NCBI GenBank assembly: GCA_007571305.1
Contig: RKRR01000153.1
Span: 35,441-99,440 of the forward strand
Origin: Candidatus Poribacteria bacterium
GTDB lineage: Bacteria; Poribacteria; WGA-4E; WGA-3G
Reading direction: 5' to 3'
DNA: 64,000 nt
Part shown: positions 59,426-64,000 of the stretch, one piece after another
Numbering within the stretch: position 1 is the stretch's first letter
Layout: each line of letters starts with the position of its first letter
The notes under the pieces: generated by a model
What the model was told of the DNA's origin: nothing
The model's input: only the letters and a program-made list of their open reading frames with translations
The model's database searches: none
Program-made: the position numbers and the translations under genes

Positions 59426-60712
59426 CTATGAATTTAGATATTCGTAAATTGGGTATTGCGCGCAGAGTTCCTTGACTTTTCCTCGAATTTGACGTTTGAT
59501 AGAGGCTTTCTGCCTATTTTCAAGCGTTTCCGCAATGAAATCGGCGACGAGAACCATCTCATCCTCTTTCATCCCGCGTGTCGTAATCATCGGTGTCCCG
59601 AGGCGTAGACCACTTGTCGTTTTCGGTTTCCGCTTGTCGAAAGGAATGGTATTTTTATTGACAATGATTCCAGCATCTTCCAAATGGTCGGCGGCTTGTC
59701 GTCCACTCAGTTTCTCATATTTGGAGGTAAGATCTATGAGCATCAGATGATTGTCGGTGCCACCGCTCACCAATCGGAAACCGTTTTCAATTAACCGTGC
59801 CGCGAGTGCCTTAGCATTTTTAACGATCTGTGCCTGATATGTTTTAAAAGCAGGTTCACTTGCTTCTTTGAATGCAACCGCCCTGGCAGCGATTGTATGG
59901 AGGAAGGGACCGCCTTGTAAGCCCGGAAATACAGCCCGATCAATCTTATCTGCATATTCAGCTTTGCACATAATCATGGCACCGCGAGGACCGCGTAACG
60001 TCTTGTGTGTCGTTGTGGTAATTACGTCACTGTAAGGAACGGGGTCTGGATGCACGCCGCCGGCGATAAGTCCAGCAATATGGGCTATATCCGCGAGCAA
60101 GTATGCTCCTACGGAATCAGCGACCTCCCGCCATGCCGCAAAGTCGAAGTGCCGAGGATAGGCTGTCGCCCCGACAACGATGAGTTTCGGACGGTGCTCC
60201 TTGGCAAGACGTGCGATCTCTTCCATATCGATCCGCTCGGTTTCGGCATCCACACCGTAAGCAACAATATTATAATAACTTCCCGAGAAATTGACACCAG
60301 CCCCGTGAGTGAGATGTCCACCTTGACTGAGGGACATACCGAGAATCGTAGCACCGGGTTCGAGCAGGGCATGATAAACTGCCATGTTCGCTTGAGAACC
60401 AGCATGGGGTTGGACATTGATGTGCTCAGCACCGAAGAGTGCTTTTGCGCGTTCAATCGCGAGCGATTCGACATCGTCCATAAATTGGCATCCGTTATAG
60501 TAACGCTCGCCGGGGTAGCCCTCAGCGTATTTATTTGCGAGGACACTGCCCTGAATTTCCATAACAGCACGACTTGCGTAGTTCTCGGATGGGATCAGCA
60601 TGAGAGAATCTTGCTGTCGTTTCAGATCATTGGCGGTGATTTCAACAATTTGCGGGTCTACTTCGCCTAATTTGGAAGCAATCCTCGGATTGCGAGACTC
60701 TGAAGTGTTCAT
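59426..60712 (-). CDS. glyA: serine hydroxymethyltransferase
   Basis: The PLP-lysine region [13 protein letters not shown] is present, with SHMT-wide similarity. The gene is adjacent to and upstream of folC. Confidence 0.9.
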   Translation of the reverse strand: MNTSESRNPRIASKLGEVDPQIVEITANDLKRQQDSLMLIPSENYASRAVMEIQGSVLANKYAEGYPGERYYNGCQFMDDVESLAIERAKALFGAEHINVQPHAGSQANMAVYHALLEPGATILGMSLSQGGHLTHGAGVNFSGSYYNIVAYGVDAETERIDMEEIARLAKEHRPKLIVVGATAYPRHFDFAAWREVADSVGAYLLADIAHIAGLIAGGVHPDPVPYSDVITTTTHKTLRGPRGAMIMCKAEYADKIDRAVFPGLQGGPFLHTIAARAVAFKEASEPAFKTYQAQIVKNAKALAARLIENGFRLVSGGTDNHLMLIDLTSKYEKLSGRQAADHLEDAGIIVNKNTIPFDKRKPKTTSGLRLGTPMITTRGMKEDEMVLVADFIAETLENRQKASIKRQIRGKVKELCAQYPIYEYLNS

Positions 60713-61247
60713 ATTTTTTTACTGCTTAAGATTAAAATGGTGTTGTATTGTAAAAGTTAAATTTTAACACAAATTTGCCCTAAATTCAAATTTTTCGTAA
60801 TTTTTGCGGAGTTTAGAAAATAGGTTCTTCGTAGTCTTTAAGCATCGGTACTTCATTAAAACCGATATGGTTTCGCTTGAAAAAAATATAAAATTTGGTG
60901 GATAGACGCTTCGTTCATTTGTATTTCGTTGCAAACCGATTCGGTTTTCTTCAGAAAATGCCACGTAGATTTTAGAATTGCCGATACACGAGCAAGCAAG
61001 GGAGAATATCCGAAGATGACAAAAGATGGATAGGATGATTTCCTAACGACATCCGGTGCGGTTAGGCGACCTTACCAATAGGAGTGCTATCGGGCAGACT
61101 TTATTTCATTTGCAATCTTTCCGATAATGTGCTAACCTAATAGGTATGGTTTTCCCATAGCCTCAATCCCTATCCGCAATCTAAGGTTTTCGTGAAAGGA
61201 TCAATGTGTATCTCTGGAATAGACTTTTCTATTATCAATTTTCGCTT

Positions 61248-63488
61248 ATGAACTGCGCCAAAAAATTTATCATCCTACTTGCACTTCTCCTTGTGTGGGG
61301 ATGCGATTCACAACAGAAAAAGCAGACGCAGCAGCCGACAGCACGGCAGCAGCCAGCGGCTCCTGAAGAAACAGAACCTGTCCCACCCCCTCGTGCTGAA
61401 GATTGGCACATGTTCATGCATAATCTTGGCTTTTCTGGGATTAGCCCCGACAAAAACATTACCCCTCCCTTAGAACTATTGTGGAAATTCAAAACCGGTG
61501 GCCCCCTCCACGCTTCCCCAGTGATTGCGAATGGCATTGTGTATATCGGATCGACTGATGGCAAGTTGTATGCCCTGGATGCAAAGCAGTGGGGTATCAA
61601 GTGGGTCTTTGATGCCGGAGATGCTATCCGTTATTCTGCGGCGGTCCTGGGGAATAGGGTCTACTTTAGCGCGAGAAACAACAAAGTTTACGCGTTAGAC
61701 GCGAAAACCGGTGAAAAACTGTGGGAGTTCAAATCGAAAAGTTGGATGGACGCGCCACCGATCGTTTTGAACAATAGAGTCTACATCGGTGCGTTCCCTT
61801 CAAAAATCTATCTGTTGAATGCAAGGACAGGTGATCTCGAAGCAATGCGTGAGCGAACGATTCGTATTCATGGTATCGAATACGGATGCGCTAAAGGAGT
61901 GTTCCGTCCTGTCTTTCCGGAGCACAAAGCGGATTTGTGGCGAGGTCAAACGGGTGGCAGCGAGAGTTATCCTGTGACAGCGAACGGCATCGTCTATATC
62001 GGTGCCCGTAATGGACAAATTCACGCGTTTGATGCAGCATCCCAAACTGAAACTTGGACATATCAACTGGAGGGTTTTGTAGACGCTGCCCCTGCAATCT
62101 CCGACGGGGTTCTCTATGCTGCTTCCGGCGATGGTAATGTCTATGCCTTTACAAATGCAAGTGAGGTGACCAATCTCGCCAATGGGAATTCTGCAGCAGA
62201 TACTCGACCACAAGGTATTGTGACACATGACGCGGCACCGGTTTATACAAGAAAGGACAGAATTACAACATCCGCCAGCGAAGGGACATCTGTGTTGTTA
62301 CAACTCAATGATGGAGTCCGTTTGCCGATTGTAAGTGCTTCGGGCGGATGGTATGAAATTGAACTCCCGAACGGTGTACGGGGGTGGATGAACAAGTTCG
62401 CTTTCGGTGAGTTCAAAGAGATAGACAGTATCATGCTCAATACGGTTTTCTGTCGTGACGGAGATCAACCGATGACAGACCCGTATAGGATGCAATTGAT
62501 TGAAGGTGCCGAGTTTCCTCGATGGAGTCCGAACGGAGAGTTCATTGCATTTTTGAGAAGAGAGGATTTGGGTGGCAGATATTGGCGTGCGAATGAGCTG
62601 TGGATTATGGATCGGAAGGGAGAACGGGCACGAAAATTCTATACCGGAAATTTTTATAATCCGCACGTCTCCTGGTCCCTTGATAGTAGGCTGGTTGCAT
62701 TTGAAGTTGACGAAAATGGTGAACGTTTTATTTACACAGTGGACTGGAAATTCGGAAGGATCAAGCAGTTAGTACATGGAGATGGCCCTGCCTTTTCGCC
62801 GACATCCAACCGTTTGGTATTCAGAAGACGTGACTCCTCTCAAACTGGGAAACTGGACATCGTCTACCGCATCAATAGTGATGGCAGCGGTTTGGGTGCT
62901 ATTGCCCGTGTCCCAATTGAACGCAGGCAACGGACCTACACTTACCTGTCTGCTCCTTCTTGGGCACCCGATGGAACCCGTGTTGCTTTTGGTGTGAACA
63001 ACGCTAAATATGTTGGCATTCGCATCCAAGACATAGAAGGGCAGCGCATAAAAGAGATCCTGACGCAGCACCAACAGGTCCACCAACTGAGTTGGTCGGA
63101 AGATGGAACCCGGCTGGCTTATGTTTTGTCCGGTGGTAATCGTCCGGGGCAACTGATCGATAAGCAGCTACACTTATCGGAGACGGTGTCCACTTTGACA
63201 CAGAGTCAGATTTTGAAACATACATCACCGGCGTGGTCGCCGACAGGTGGACAATTAGCGTATATGGAACGTGAGGACTGCGGAGGCATCCGCTGGAAGG
63301 TCTGGATTTATGACCTTGAGAGCGGCAAGAAATCCCCTATCGCCCGCACTCCAATGAAGTTGACATCACTTGTCTGGATGCCTGACGGTAAGCATCTCTG
63401 TTTGTGGCAAACGTCAGATTATTTGCGCGATAACGCATATAAACCCGCACTGACGAAGGGGTGGATCGTACCCATCAACATTCCTTAG
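61248..63488 (+). CDS. lipoprotein with N-terminal PQQ-like beta-propeller, central SH3-like segment and C-terminal TolB/WD40-like beta-propeller
   Basis: The lipobox LVWGC is present. The N-terminal half has repeated G(K/N)(L/V)YA(L/F)DA blades (PQQ-like). The C-terminal half has repeated (W)SPDG...(A)F motifs typical of TolB-like propellers. The start is at the ATG at 61248. Confidence 0.6.
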   Translation: MNCAKKFIILLALLLVWGCDSQQKKQTQQPTARQQPAAPEETEPVPPPRAEDWHMFMHNLGFSGISPDKNITPPLELLWKFKTGGPLHASPVIANGIVYIGSTDGKLYALDAKQWGIKWVFDAGDAIRYSAAVLGNRVYFSARNNKVYALDAKTGEKLWEFKSKSWMDAPPIVLNNRVYIGAFPSKIYLLNARTGDLEAMRERTIRIHGIEYGCAKGVFRPVFPEHKADLWRGQTGGSESYPVTANGIVYIGARNGQIHAFDAASQTETWTYQLEGFVDAAPAISDGVLYAASGDGNVYAFTNASEVTNLANGNSAADTRPQGIVTHDAAPVYTRKDRITTSASEGTSVLLQLNDGVRLPIVSASGGWYEIELPNGVRGWMNKFAFGEFKEIDSIMLNTVFCRDGDQPMTDPYRMQLIEGAEFPRWSPNGEFIAFLRREDLGGRYWRANELWIMDRKGERARKFYTGNFYNPHVSWSLDSRLVAFEVDENGERFIYTVDWKFGRIKQLVHGDGPAFSPTSNRLVFRRRDSSQTGKLDIVYRINSDGSGLGAIARVPIERRQRTYTYLSAPSWAPDGTRVAFGVNNAKYVGIRIQDIEGQRIKEILTQHQQVHQLSWSEDGTRLAYVLSGGNRPGQLIDKQLHLSETVSTLTQSQILKHTSPAWSPTGGQLAYMEREDCGGIRWKVWIYDLESGKKSPIARTPMKLTSLVWMPDGKHLCLWQTSDYLRDNAYKPALTKGWIVPINIP

Positions 63489-64000
63489 AACGCCGCCTCA
63501 AATAAAGATACCATATCCTCTTCCGTACACACTCTTGGATTGAATTTGTGACAGTGATCAAGCATGGCATCTGCGCTGAGTTTCGGAATTTTTTTCCTGT
63601 CTAAACCAGCATCCCCAAGACCTGTAGGCATCTTTAACGCTGTATTATACGCTCTGATTTTATCAATGGCGGCATTCCCTGCTTCATCGCTATTCATATT
63701 ACTTGTATCTATACCTAAGGCGCGTGCGATTTCCGCGTATTTCTCACTTGCATGGGAGAAATTGAATTCCATGACAGGTGGAAGAAGAATCGCGTTCGCT
63801 ACGCCGTGAGGAATAGGTGCATCTGTAGAAAGTTGGTGTGCCAGTGAATGGACCGCGCCAAGCCCCTTCTGGAATGAAAACGCTGCCATGCATGACCCCA
63901 AAAGCATTTCCCCTCGGGCGGTTACATCTTCACCATTGTGATAGACCTGTTGGATATTTGCGCTCAGCATCCTGAGTGCTTGTAGTGCGACCCCTTCAGC
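63485..64000 (-). CDS. iron-containing alcohol dehydrogenase, C-terminal part (5' end beyond the window)
   Basis: The Fe-ADH C-terminal helical domain is present, with metal-binding His motifs (HSLAHQL, HGVANAILLP). Confidence 0.7.
   Translation of the reverse strand, partial: AEGVALQALRMLSANIQQVYHNGEDVTARGEMLLGSCMAAFSFQKGLGAVHSLAHQLSTDAPIPHGVANAILLPPVMEFNFSHASEKYAEIARALGIDTSNMNSDEAGNAAIDKIRAYNTALKMPTGLGDAGLDRKKIPKLSADAMLDHCHKFNPRVCTEEDMVSLFEAAF

Noticed and set aside
60005-60670. A 221-aa plus-strand ORF inside glyA
   Set aside because: It is antisense to the highly conserved SHMT gene.
1-64000. tRNA / rRNA genes
   Set aside because: I scanned intergenic regions for T-arm (GGTTCGAATCC-like) and CCA-adjacent acceptor patterns and found none. 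No rRNA-like conserved blocks were seen.

Overview
This is a 64 kb bacterial chromosomal window of about 50% GC, with no rRNA, tRNA or CRISPR array that I could see.

Housekeeping genes are dense. On the minus strand there are ilvB-ilvN-ilvC, ilvD, sod, metG, holB, tmk, thiolase plus enoyl-CoA hydratase, the H+-pyrophosphatase gene hppA, folC and glyA.

Accessory material is interleaved with them:
- A 1.1-kaa single-chain restriction-modification enzyme (nuclease, methyltransferase and specificity domains in one protein, Type IIB/IIG-like). Its second specificity domain is split by a 1-nt frameshift at an A/T homopolymer stretch, and the orphaned half lies just downstream.
- A beta-class DNA methyltransferase fused to an Mrr-like restriction-endonuclease domain, and a second solitary DNA methyltransferase.
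- A large AddB-like Fe-S nuclease with no helicase partner.
- A family of miniature inverted-repeat elements (MITEs) of about 150-190 bp, with terminal inverted repeats AACCCAAGTTGCC and 5-6 bp target-site duplications. Each carries an internal 25-nt hairpin module that shows compensatory base changes between copies.
- A frameshifted, truncated IS630 transposase remnant.
- Several other short dispersed repeats.

The ilvBNC operon appears to be preceded by a T-box leader (T-box motif, terminator and sigma70 promoter). One MITE copy sits between ilvB and ilvN.

The first third of the window encodes a GH32 hydrolase, an aldo/keto reductase, an MFS transporter, and a possible modification cluster (zinc-ribbon-APH kinase, cupin, HExxH protein, TPP enzyme). 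It also encodes secreted or lipoprotein genes with LamG, PQQ-propeller and Big_2 domains, and two PhyH dioxygenases.

The middle of the window has candidate novel modules:
- A PD-(D/E)xK-like protein paired with a PaaK-like adenylate-forming enzyme.
- A paralogous membrane-anchored gene family of unknown function (one copy frameshifted) flanking a LamG protein.
- An ECF sigma factor with a 230-aa C-terminal extension, followed by two ATPase-less ABC-2 permeases.

Coordinates for non-ORF features were derived by eye and may be off by 1-3 bp.
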